Shown: one piece after another, positions 1 to 11,560 of the stretch
Position numbering within the stretch: position 1 is the first letter of the stretch
Layout of the letters: each line of letters begins with the position of its first letter
Assembly: GCA_010093605.1 (NCBI GenBank)
Contig: MU004187.1
Location: 1,850,882-1,914,881, forward strand
Length of the DNA stretch: 64,000 nucleotides
Reading direction: 5' to 3'
DNA from: Lophium mytilinum
Taxonomy: Eukaryota
The notes under the pieces: model-generated
Databases searched by the model: none
Told to the model about the DNA's origin: nothing
Seen by the model: only the letters and a program-made list of their open reading frames with translations
Program-made: the position numbers and the translations under genes

Positions 1-575
1 ATAAAGTCACTCCTCAATAAGGAAACCTTGGCCCCACTTCAGCTGAACGCCAGGCAGACAAGCCGCCAACCACCAACTTCTCGACACGGGCACAGATGCA
101 TGCGTCTATCATCAGCCCCCAGATGGCGTTGCCATCTCACCAATCGGGGAAGGGCCTTTTATAAAGCAACCTGAAGCGCGACACCCCTTTAAGAGAATGG
201 CTGATCGCCTTGGTTTCGCCCAGCTTACCTTCACCGTCTGTCCCACCTCAAAAGACTGGATGCCTCCTCGTTCCAGGCTCATCTACACCTTGTGACCAAC
301 CCTATTCCTTTCATAACATAAGTTCGTGTGCCAGGACTCTGTGCTAGCGCTTATATCACTCTCCTTGTCTCTCATCAGCCTACTGCGTGAGAACCTTGGG
401 ACTACTTATGATCGTTAATCGAAGCTGTCTCCAACCATCGTCCTGTCTTCTTACTTTTTGTCGTCCACGAGTCATCTGCTATCATAGTTCTTTCTTGTCA
501 AGATTCCTCGGTGGGCATCCATCAGGCCCCGGATTGCTCATCAGATTTCAGAGCAGCACAACCTCTGTTTCGAGA

Positions 576-2209
576 ATGGCGGTGCCCAGGATAAGATCGC
601 CAAAGAAGCTTATTGCGTGTTGTGATGGTATGTTGCTATACGGGTTCATGCAACCACTAGCTGATCTTTACAGGGACGTGGATGGTGCGGACCACTACGT
701 AGTTTAGCATATACCATCTAACATTGAACAGGACAGTGATAAGGGCTGGGTCAAGGGTTCCGTCCTCAACGGTCCCGGCCACTTGCAGACACCGTCAAAT
801 GTCACTCGGATATGTAGAGCAATTTTACCTGAAGATCGGAACCATCATCCGCAAATCGTCTACTACCAATCCGGAGTCGGAAACGGCAGTACCTACCTGG
901 AACGTCTCGTTGGAGGGGGCACCGGCGAGGGTATAGGAGAGCACATTCGCGAAGCATATGGCTTCCTTGCAAACAATTACACTCCCGGCGATTCCATCTT
1001 TCTAATAGGGTTTTCTCGAGGGGCCTTCACTGCCCGAAGCATTGGCGGTTTGATTGGGGGTATGGGACTGTTGGAGAAGGCGGGAATGGTAGGCTCTTTT
1101 CTCACATATGTTTTGACAGCACTAACGCTTGTGTGAAGCCTTGGTTCTACCTCATCTTCAAGGACTGGGAGAATGCTGGAGTAAAGGGTTATAAGCCATC
1201 TATATTGCACTCAATACCAGATTTCCACATAGCTGCGCCACCTGAAGATATCAAAGGATATCTTTCGAGCTACAAGAGCGAGCTTCTTAAGGTTTGACGT
1301 CTACTGTTTGACAATGAACTCGTTCTGACTGATGTGTCGTAGCGAGGTCTGACCCGCGACGTAGAGATCCAGGCGATTGGAGTTTGGGACACTGTTGGAG
1401 CTCTGGGAATCCCTACAACGCCTCTGCTCCAGAAGGTCGGCCTCCCGGATTTCTTGCACGAGTACAGATTCCTCGATACCTCACTAGATAATCATGTGAG
1501 AAACGCATTCCACGCCATGGCATTGGATGAACAGCGCGCTTCGTATGCCCCAACCATATGGGAAAAGCCACCGTACTGCACGACAAACATCAAGCAAGTC
1601 TGGTTCCCAGGGGTCCATTCCAATGTGGGCGGTAGCTACGACGATACTGGAATCGCGGACATCACCCTGGCATGGATGATGTCGAATCTAAGGCACTGGA
1701 TTGATTTCAATCCGAACTACATCCGGGAGCAACATTTGCTAAACCAGAAATACAATTCTTCGCAAAAACCCCCTCTCACACGCGGCTGGAGTCTTGGTAA
1801 GATCTACGACTCATGCACGTTTCCAACCTCACTTGGAGGTCGTGAGCCTCGTAAACCGGGAACGTACACTCGCACAAACTACATGACTGGACAGGAGACG
1901 TCCGACCCTTTGGAGGCGACGCATGAGAAAATGCATATTTCAGTTCGCGCTCGATTGCTAATGGAAGGCAAAGGGTACGAAGACGTAGGATCTTATGCAC
2001 CGCACTCCCTTTCGACTTGGGACATGCGTAACGTAGATCAATACAGTGGTCATGCCACTGCAAATGGATTTGACGGAAAGGGTGCGCAATGGATTTATCA
2101 AGGGGAAAACCCGGCATTTCAAGGCAAGGTCATATTCGAGGACAGGTTAGAGGAGTTCGAATTAGAGTTGCTGAGAATGGATCCGATCGCGGCAGCAGAG
2201 ATTCTATGA
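576..2209 (+). CDS. DUF2235 / Tle1-like alpha/beta-hydrolase (multi-exon)
   Basis: Spliced N-terminus KKLIACCDGTWMDSD uses an 11-nt microexon at 674-684. Also has PSNVTRI, YQSGVG, the GFSRGAFTARS nucleophile motif, IGVWDTVGALG, HAMALDEQR and QVWFPGVHSNVGG. Introns are GT-AG. Confidence 0.9.
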
Positions 2210-2395
2210 ATCGTTAAGAAAAGACAGAAAAGGCGAACAGATCTTCATATTTGCATTTTCTTGATATTTCATTTCTTAGTACAGCATCAAGGGATACAGT
2301 CTCGACATATACCTTTACAATACGACACAAATTTTCAGCCCGCATGCTCGAAAATTATCAGTATTTCCAAAATCCATAATAGGCAGACTATCCCC

Positions 2396-2428
2396 CCTCG
2401 GAACTCGTGACCAAAAAACGAACCTCGG
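2396..2428. promoter_or_regulatory. Two CCTCGG (FarA/FarB-type fatty-acid response) elements upstream of the amidase
   Basis: CCTCGG at 2396-2401 and 2423-2428, within about 115 bp of the ATG at 2510. Confidence 0.5.
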
Positions 2429-2509
2429 CATCCCCACCTTTTCGACCTAACTTCGTTCAACGTCAGTCCTTATAAACATTTCACGCCTCATGTCTCCTCC
2501 CACTCAACA

Positions 2510-4313
2510 ATGGCAATTGCAACGCCAGAAAAGTGGCAGCTGGTTGCCTGGCAGAAGAAAGATGAACAATACTCGAGAATACCCAAGGAATGGCTCCTGA
2601 CGTACTCACCGTCCCCAGCACTGACAAACTACCTCGATATCCCACGCAAATGCGGGATACTGGATGCCCAGGATCTTGAGATAACAGAGAAATATGACGC
2701 CACTGCTCTCGTTGATAGTCTATCAAAAGGAAAGCTGAAAAGCACCGATGTTGTGAGAGCATTCTGCAAGGTACGAGGGACCCTTTGGAGGAGACGGATG
2801 AAAGAATATGCACTTACGCATCAAGTAGAGAGCAGCCATAGCCCAACAGCTCACCAATTGTCTCACCGAGACCCTCTTCGATGAAGCCCTGACCCGAGCC
2901 GCCCAACTCGATGCTCATCTCGCCGCCGGGAACCCGCCCGTTGGCCCCCTCCACGGCCTCCCCATCTCTCTCAAAGACACATTCAACATCCCTGGCTACG
3001 ACGCTACAATTGGTCTCGCTACCCTCGCCTTCCAGCCCGCCACTACAGCTTCCACCCTCGTCGATGTCCTACTCAACGCGGGCGCGGTGTTATACTGCAA
3101 AACAAACGTCCCGCAAACACTCATGGCGCTAGATTCCCACAACAATGTCTTCGGACGAACGATAAATCCATCCAACACCGCCGTCACACCTGGTGGTAGC
3201 ACCGGCGGCGAAGGCGCGCTGATCGCCATGCGAGGAAGCGTGCTCGGCGTCGGGACTGACGTTGGCGGGAGCATACGCATACCAGCCATGTGCAACGGCC
3301 TGTACGGCATTAAGCCCTCCTGGCAGCGGATCCCGTTTTCAGGGCAGCAGACCGGGGCGCTGCCAGGCCACAAGCAGCTCACGATTCCCGCGAGCGCGGG
3401 CCCGATCACGCACACGCTGCGAGATCTTGAGTTGTTCTTCTCTGCCGTGTCCGACCAGAAGCCGTGGGAGGTCGATGCGGATGTCACGCCTAGCCCGTGG
3501 TCGTCTCTCTCGACGCTCTCCTCGAAACGCCCACGGATTGGACTCATTCGCCGTGATGGTTTGATAGATCCGCTGCCCCCGATCCAGCGGCTGATGGACG
3601 AAACGGCCTCTGCGCTGCGTGCCTCAGGGATTGAGGTCGTGGAAATGGATATTGCGCCCCTCTTCTCACAATGCCAGTCCCTCGCCAACGCCCTCATGGG
3701 CACGGACGGCGGGAATCACATCTTTGATCTCGTCGAGGCAACCAACGAGCCCCTGTCCCCCTGGCTCGCCGGTCGACTCGCACGCAAAGCGCCCAAGACG
3801 GTCGAGAAGCTGCAAGCGCTGCACGCGAAGAAAGTCGAGCTCGAGCAAGCCTTCTTGAAGATCTGGAAAGACGAGAAGGGGCCTATAGACGCAATCGTGT
3901 GCCCCGTGGCTCCTCACCCTGTCCCGCCCATCGACCGCTGGAACGGGGTCAGCTACACGAGCTCCTTCGTGCTGCTAGACTACCCAGCTGGCGTAGTACC
4001 CGTTCGATCCTTCGAGAAGCGCGATATGGAAGGCGAGATGCCCGACACGAAACCGCTCGGATCGTGGGATAAAGTCAATAGAGAACTTTGTAAGACCCAC
4101 CTATCCCCCAAAACCGGGGCTCATATGCTAACGACCCACCCCCCAGGGACCAAAGTCGACCGCACCATCTACCTCAACACCGCCCTCTGCATCCAAGTCA
4201 TCACTCCCAAGCTCCAAGAACGCAAACTCCTCCAAGCCATGGCCATCATCTCGGCCGCCCTTCGCGCCGCGGAGCGCACAACCTCGACGCCGCAACCCAG
4301 CGCCAAGCTCTAG
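2510..4313 (+). CDS. Amidase-signature family enzyme (acetamidase/FAAH-like) with C-terminal PTS1 (AKL)
   Basis: LHGLPISLKD, KTNVPQT, PGGSTGGEGAL and GTDVGGSIRIPA (Ser-cisSer-Lys triad). Introns at about 2771-2828 and 4090-4146. Ends -SAKL*. Confidence 0.92.
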
Positions 4314-5027
4314 GCCAACCCTTGTCTCTCCACCCTGCCCACTACGTGCAACATGCCGACAGCTTGGCGTGCTTCCCAGATCCGGATACCTGCATGCGTG
4401 TGCTTCTGCCGAAGCTGACTTATGTGGAGCTTATTATACCTCCCCGTGGCGTCTTTTCGGGGGCTTTTGAGACAAATGCCACAAAACGCCGTGTTTTGCG
4501 CTGCGAGGTAACGCAAGATGCGGTGGTGTGGACGGGGGATGCATGTCTTTGGGTTTGGTAGGCTGATGGAGCGTCCACGTGTGTGGTCACGTGTTAAGAG
4601 AGCGGGACGAACTTCACTGAGCTGGTTCTGCCGATTGGATGGCGGGATATTGGCCGGAGTTGTGGTACGGTCTTCTACGAAGCCTGAAGGATTATGCGGG
4701 GCTTTGTACTGTGGAGGAGGCTTGTGAGCGTGCTTAGCTGATGATTCAGGCGGCGCGCTCGCGTTGGGCATCACAGCATTCGGCACGGCATCTCGTATCT
4801 GCAGCATATGTATCGAGGTTTGTAATTTTCGCACTTTTCCAAGAAGTGTTATGTGTTTGTATTTCACAGCTCAAAAAGATCGTTTATCCAGTCCAGGGCT
4901 TTTTCTTCCTCGCTATGCCCGCTTGCTTGTTTGCTTGACCGAGCAGGTCCATTCCCAACCACGCTTCACCCTCTTCACACGTGATCTTCTCACGTGTATT
5001 CGCTTATCAGTAATCATCACGGGATGC

Positions 5028-6994
5028 TTAGCAGATGGCGTGTGTCTTGCCGCTCTTACCCTGCAAGCTGTGCTTCTCTTCCTTGAAGTGTTCGTTGAGC
5101 TTGTGGTGTTGGCCCGTGCGTGTCGCCTTCTTGCGCATATTTGTGCGGTGTCTATTCCCAGACCGTTAGAAATCGTCCTCACTTATGGTGGAATCAAAAA
5201 GAGGGGGCTGGGGTCTGGGGGCAACTTACTCCTTACGCTCCTCAATCGTCTTCGCATCCAACTTGTCCAGCGTCTGGCACGCAAGCTTGAAGTCGGCAAT
5301 TAGCGAATCGCACCTGCTGCGCGTGAAATCCTCGCGGACGACGACACGCATTAGCTTGAGGTTCTCAGTGTGAGGTGCCATGGTGTAGGCGGGCACGACC
5401 CAGCCACGCTCACGCAGCTGGTGGGCGATGGCGAATTCGTCGTAGTGCTTGTCCGAGTCCGGGTCAATGCGGCAAGCTACGAGAGGCAGGCCTTCTCCGC
5501 CACCTTTGGACAGGATGATGAAGCCGAGCTGCTCGAGATTGGCGGCGAGATAGTCGGCTGTGCGGGTAAGGTTTCTATTCGAAGGTCGGTAAGTAAATGT
5601 GTAAAGTATGGAGAGGGGAGGAGACGTACAGCATGATGGCACGGTACCCATGCTTCCCTAGGCGAATCAGCTGGTAGTACTGGCCGATGATCTGGGAGGC
5701 CCCGCGAGAGAAGTTGAGAGTGAAGGAGGCTTGGTCTGCGCCGAGGTAATTGATGTTGAAGATGAGCTCCTTAGGAAGGTACGCGGGGTCGCGCCAGACG
5801 ACCCAGCCAACGCCGGGGTAGACTAGGCCGTACTTGTGGCCTGAGACGTTGATGCTGACGACTTTCTCGAGACGGAAATCCCAGAGAAGTCCGGGGTTGA
5901 TGAAGGGTGCTACGAAGCCACCACTTGCGGCGTCGACTGTTCAGGGGTCAGCATAGGGCTCTGAGGGTGGCTGGGTGAGTGCGAACCATGAATCGGAACA
6001 TCGAGGTTCTTCTCAACGAGGAGGTCGTTGATTCCCTTAATGTCTTCATACTCCCCGGTGTAGGTCGTTCCGAGAATAGCACATATACCGATAGTGTTCT
6101 CGTCGATGAGGTCGATGGCCTGCTGGGGATCGATGATATAGCGATCCTCGGTGCAGTACACGTACTTTTCCTCGACGTCAAAGTAGCGGGCAGCTTTTTC
6201 CCAGCACACCTGAACGGCAGAGTTCATGATGATGTTGGGGCGGTCGAAGGGCTTGCCCTCGGCCTTTCGCTTGTTCGCCCAGAGCTTCTTCATGGCGAGC
6301 ACAGCGAGCATGATGGCCTCGGAGCTGCCAATTGTCGAAGTGCCCATGGCATTCGAGTCATCTTTCTCGGGGATGTTGAAGAGACGAGCAATCCTGTATC
6401 ATCGTTAATACGCCATCATAAGATAGAAATCGGGCTGGGTGTCTCACATGGAAACACATCGTGCTTGGATGTCAGCTGACACGGGATATTCCTCGTAGTC
6501 TGGAGTGGGTTAGTGATGCTAGTGCATATTGGTCAGATAGCAAACGCACCAATGAAGTTCTTGGAGAAACACTCAATCATCAGCTTCTCGGCCTCTTCCT
6601 CCTGCAAAGAATTAGCACCATTCACCAACACACACGACCACAGAGCAACATACCATGTAGGTGGTGACGAAACTAGCCAGATTTAGCGTCGGGGTGCCGT
6701 CGAGCGTCAAGTCGTCCTTGATCATGCGGTATGCGCTGTGCACGACGTCAGTGTCTGGAAGCTCCGGGGGGATTTGGTGGGGCATGGCGGGGCAGAAAAA
6801 ACAACTCACACTTCCTTTGGCATCTCGCGCTCTGGCATTTCATGCCTGGGCAGGTCCTGGGCGGCAAAGCGGGAGCCGTAGACAGACACAGTGGCATCGT
6901 CCTCGTCGGCCTCCTCGAACTTGATCTTCTCGAGCCCTTCGACGAGCGGGGCCGAGATGTCCTTGGACGTGGGGACGCGGGAGAGGTGGACCAT
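5028..6994 (-). CDS. GAD1: Glutamate decarboxylase (PLP-dependent), multi-exon
   Basis: [44 protein letters not shown] and the PLP-lysine motif [18 protein letters not shown]. Also RGWVVPAY and a C-terminus ...GKTHAIC*. Confidence 0.95.
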
Positions 6995-8590
6995 GATCTC
7001 GGCGAGCAGGCGGACGTCGATGCGGGTGGTGTTGGCGGTGTCTGGTTCTGCTGGGGGAGTTGAAGCAATTGAGGGAGGATATGAGCGAGCTGGCGAGGGG
7101 CTGCGGCGGTTGATGTACGGCAGGTGCAGTGTGGGGGGGTCTGGGTAGGGTACTTTCAAGCTTTTGGAGGACGTGGCCGGCGTTGCGGTCCCAGAATTCC
7201 CAGAAGCTTGTATCAGCGCCATTGCTGCACGACTTATGCACGAAGACGGGGTGGAGCCAATCGTTGGCGTTGCTGAGGGGGCCAGATTGGGGGGCCTGGG
7301 GGCTGCTGCGGGAGCTGGGGGCGAGTGAAACGGTATCGATCAGGCACGAGGCCGGGGTTGTCACATTTGATCCCTGTGGATATGGGGAAGAGCGTCAGCG
7401 TTTGGAGCAGTGTGTTTTGACAATATCTGGCCCTCCCATTGCTGTGCTTTTATAAGTCTTCCAGCACACGCACGGCCGCCCTCTGGGGGGCGTCGGAGCG
7501 ATATATCCCACACCGACCCTCTCTGCGTGGAGTGTTCTCAATGCTGCCCTACGACGTTTCAGCAGCCCCGTTAGCATCATCTCCGCTCTGTCGGCGAGGC
7601 AATCGTGGCTCAGCAGCCGGTTCGCGGGATGCATGTGGCGTGCGGACCTTGTCTCCTGACCCTGTCGTGATGGTCTGAATCAGGCAAATTCTGCACCTCG
7701 CGCGTCAGCTTTTCGCACTGAATTCGACCTGAAAACATCAAGACCATGCAGCCCCGACATTGATGCAGTAGCAGTCTTCTATCACAAGGATAGACGGCCT
7801 TCAGCGTCAGCTTCGCGCTGTGGTTCGAATCCAGCAATTCCACATCAGGAGAATGGGCTTCCAAGTTCGCCATTGCCCCCAGCCGCCACATCTTACCCCC
7901 GCGGTAACACCACTGAAGCATCTGATAAAGCCTCACTACTTTCAGTGCTCAATTTCCGCATTTGTGGCTTCATTTACGTCGCTGGACACGCTGTCGTGTT
8001 TCATTGGGCCTCACCGTTCGTCATTGTCTCCTCACGCTGACCTAAGGGGCCATTTGCTGAACCGTCCACCAATTCGAGAGCACCGACAGCCTTAAGCTTC
8101 ACTCTAGAGCTTCGTAACTGCCACAAAGGCTCACCAGACTCTCAATAATCCCGCGGAATCGTCGCAGCCAGGGCCGTGCTGCGCCTCTATGCATTATAAT
8201 CTTACAGTGACATGGACACGTATATCGTCCATTTTTCTTCCGAGCTGCTGATGACTGAGATACCTTCCAGGAACGCTCCAACCGATGCCGCGGCCTGCAA
8301 ACCCCGAACCAGAACAGTTGTTCGTATACCACATGTCCCGAGTAATGCGACTTCGCTGCAACCATGACCTGAACCCGCTAGAAAAGAAGGGGCGACATTT
8401 TCGTAAACCTGCCCTGAACACGACCGCTCTGTAGATATTTTTCCCCGTAATGAAACAAAACGAGACGCGGAAATCGTTGCTGCAAATGCCAACTATTCGT
8501 AACGAGCCTAGAAGCTCCGCACAGTCAATTACTGTCAATAGCATTACTGATTATATGCTCTGCGCATTCTAAAATCGTAAGTGTCGTACT

Positions 8591-11560
8591 CTAGATGATG
8601 TTCGCAATACTGATGCGAGATGAGCCGGCAGGCCCCACACTAGTCGACGTGGGTGTCCTTGGGGCAGATGGGACGGGGGCGGCTGCGTCCGGAGCCAGCT
8701 GCAGTCTCTTCCCGGGGTTGTGTAGCGGCCGGTGGTAGTAGTTAGGAGGTGGCGGTGGTGGGGGTTGATTCATCCGACTTCGCTCATCCTTAAGTTGGCA
8801 AATCACCCGTTCGACTCGCTCCCAACCACCCCATTCTCTTGTGTCTTTCTCTACTGGCATAATCGTAGGTCGGAGTGGCAATGAGGTGGTCTCCATCACA
8901 TCACCATTCTCTCTCGTAGCCGAGTCGATGACGGGGGAAGGGAGCGTCTGGCTGATATTGTGGCCAACCTCGCTGCCTGTCCACACCCATGAGTCCTCCA
9001 AGCTTCCTTGGACATCACCGCTCACATAAGCAAGCATCTCCTCATCTTGCTCGAGTTGATGGTGTGCCCCATTACCACTGTGAACACGTTCCGTAAGGCG
9101 ATCTAAAAAGAAGGCCAGATTTCTTCCACAGGCCATGTTAATCTTGCGCGTATCTCCGATGGTGGCACTGAAGCGCAGACACACCAAAGCCCCGTCAAAG
9201 TCTGCACAGAGGCACAATATGAGCATACATCGCCACAAATGGGCACAGAGCATGCTCGATGCAATGTTCAAGGCGGTAGCTTGAATGCTCTCCGGATATT
9301 CAGAGACATGAGGCTTCTGAGGCATACTTCTCGAGATATAACTCGCTGTCTCTTGAGCCACTAAAAGACATCCCTGTAGGGCCACAGTGCGCTCCCCAAG
9401 CCCAAAAGATACAGACATGTTGTGTCGATACATTTGCGACCGAGCGCTCTGGAGCACGAGCACTGCAGGCAGTCCCATAGGGTCCATATAGCTTTTCGAA
9501 GCTGGATGGTACGATTCGGGGAAAGAGTAGAGAATTCGTTGAAAGTGCTCCTCGTAGGTTTGGCGTATGTGAGGTGTTATGATGGCGGCTTTGAGTGTCT
9601 TTCTTAGTTTTGGTACGATGTAAGCTGTAGGTATGAGCGCCGCTAGCCCGATGTGTGGTGCGTAGTTCGTGGAAGTGCGGACGATCGCTTGGGGTTGTAT
9701 GAACCGATCTTCGACTGGAGAGGGAAGTTCAACGTTGCAATCGTCGTCATCGATTAAGCTCGGCCGTCTGAGCTCAAGAGATAGAAGCCTATGAAACATT
9801 AACAACGACCACAAGCGGCATATGGACATTACTAGCCTCTCCCAAGCATATATGGACCACCACACTCGCCGCCTTATTTCTCCTTCAATCACAGGCCAAG
9901 GACCTGCCTCAAAATGTAGGCCAATATCCTGCGCAATTCTCACTGCGCCCCCCAGCCAGACCCACCCAGCGGATTTCATGTTCATTTCGGTGACGAATAT
10001 GCTGACCAACAGAGAAGCTCTCGCGTGGTCAGTAGTAGGATCGTCCGTCCAGGGAGTGATGGCTCTCGCAGATATCTCCAAGTAAGACATGCCCTCTAGA
10101 TCTGCTCTTGGAGAACCCACCAACCCGAGCGTGCTGCAAGCAAGTACAGCAAAAAACAATCCATACCAGGCCTCAGGTATGGTCTGGAAGCCGCCCGGTG
10201 CGTACGCTCTATCAATTTCGAGTAGAAAGGTTGGCCAGTGGATGATCGGATACCATTTGTGTATTGACTCGAAATACTGCTTCGTAAGACGGTCTGTCAG
10301 ATCTCTAGCCGGTATCGGAGGCGGTGCGGCCATCAGAGGCTGAGAACTGACTACCCGATAGGGTGGTGGTGCCTTGAATATTCCTCTACCATAAATCCGT
10401 ATGTTCTTGCGAACATAATCGAAGTTGTTCATCATCGGGTGTCGATGTCGCTTCTCCACATTTGGGACAATATCCGGAAGTTTGAGAGAGTGCGCGTCCA
10501 TAGCCCTGCGATCAACCTCCATTGCTCCTCCCTCCTGGAGCATTGATCGTAGGTTATTGATTTGGTGTTTGGCTTCAGCTAACTGACTTTGTAGGTCTTG
10601 CACTTGTCTACATAGAGTCAGTCCAGAATTGTTACTAGGATGTGAATATTCGACGCGAGACGCTTACTTGATCGAGGACATCCGGCGATTTGTTTCTTTT
10701 GTGAACTGACACTTGTGACTTCGGCTGGAGCATTCTGAACAGGGCGAGGTCTCTGTGGCATCACACTAAGAAGGTCGTCAGCAGCTATAAGAAAGAAGGA
10801 GCAGCCCTCCCAATCAGCGACAATTAGCAGAGCCACTTCATTCGCTTCGGAACTCTTGCTCTGACGGCATGAACAAGTGCGCGTGGACACTATAAGCTTC
10901 TAGCGACAGTATCGTTCGCAGCTAGCAGAATACACAATTTGGGTCGCTGGGTGCAGCTAGGTCGTTCCCGCTTTCAAGCAACGCCTTCTCAGTGCTGCTC
11001 TCCACCCCGGGACTGAGGAAAAGGATGCAGACAAGTGAACAACAAATGCTGGTCACCACAACACGCACAAGGTTTCCTGTGTGCGCGAAGTTGAGAGCAA
11101 AGCAAGGAAATAGTCGGCTCACCTTGACTTTTCGTTCTCTGCACGCGTCGCAGCTTGGGTCCTTCCTCCTTTGACGATACGCCCTCTTCTGCGCATTCAA
11201 ACTCGAATTGAGACTTGCGTTTGAGATGTGTGTAGGGGAGATGCCTGCACTGCTCATGGACTGGTCATTTGGGGGCAGGTCCTGTAGACTCCCCGAGGCA
11301 GTGCTTGGTGATGCCGAAGACGTTGCGTATGACTGACTATAAGCGGTGGCATTATAGCCTCCTGGAGAACGATTTCCAGCATGCTGGTTCTGTAAAGGAG
11401 CCGACAGACCTGGCGGTCGTCCTGAGGGTGGAGTTCCAAACATGCCTGTTGGTGGTGGTATTAGGGTTGGCTGCGATGCATTTGAGGGTGTTGAGGTCTG
11501 GATTCCAAGCGAATGAGGATGGGGATGACGCTGATATGAGTTTGATAGCGGCCCATCCAT
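8591..11560 (-). CDS. Zn(II)2Cys6 fungal transcription factor with Fungal_trans (MHR) domain
   Basis: RRKDPSCDACRERKVK splices across intron 10766-11122 to CDATETSPCSECSSRSHKCQF. The middle homology region is AVRIAQDIGLH...EIRRRVWWSIY. Confidence 0.92.

Noticed and set aside
6995..7222. 76-codon in-frame N-terminal extension of GAD
   Set aside because: It is low-complexity and pyrimidine-rich like a promoter or 5'UTR. The conserved fungal GAD start is MVHL at 6994, and nothing indicates the extension is translated.
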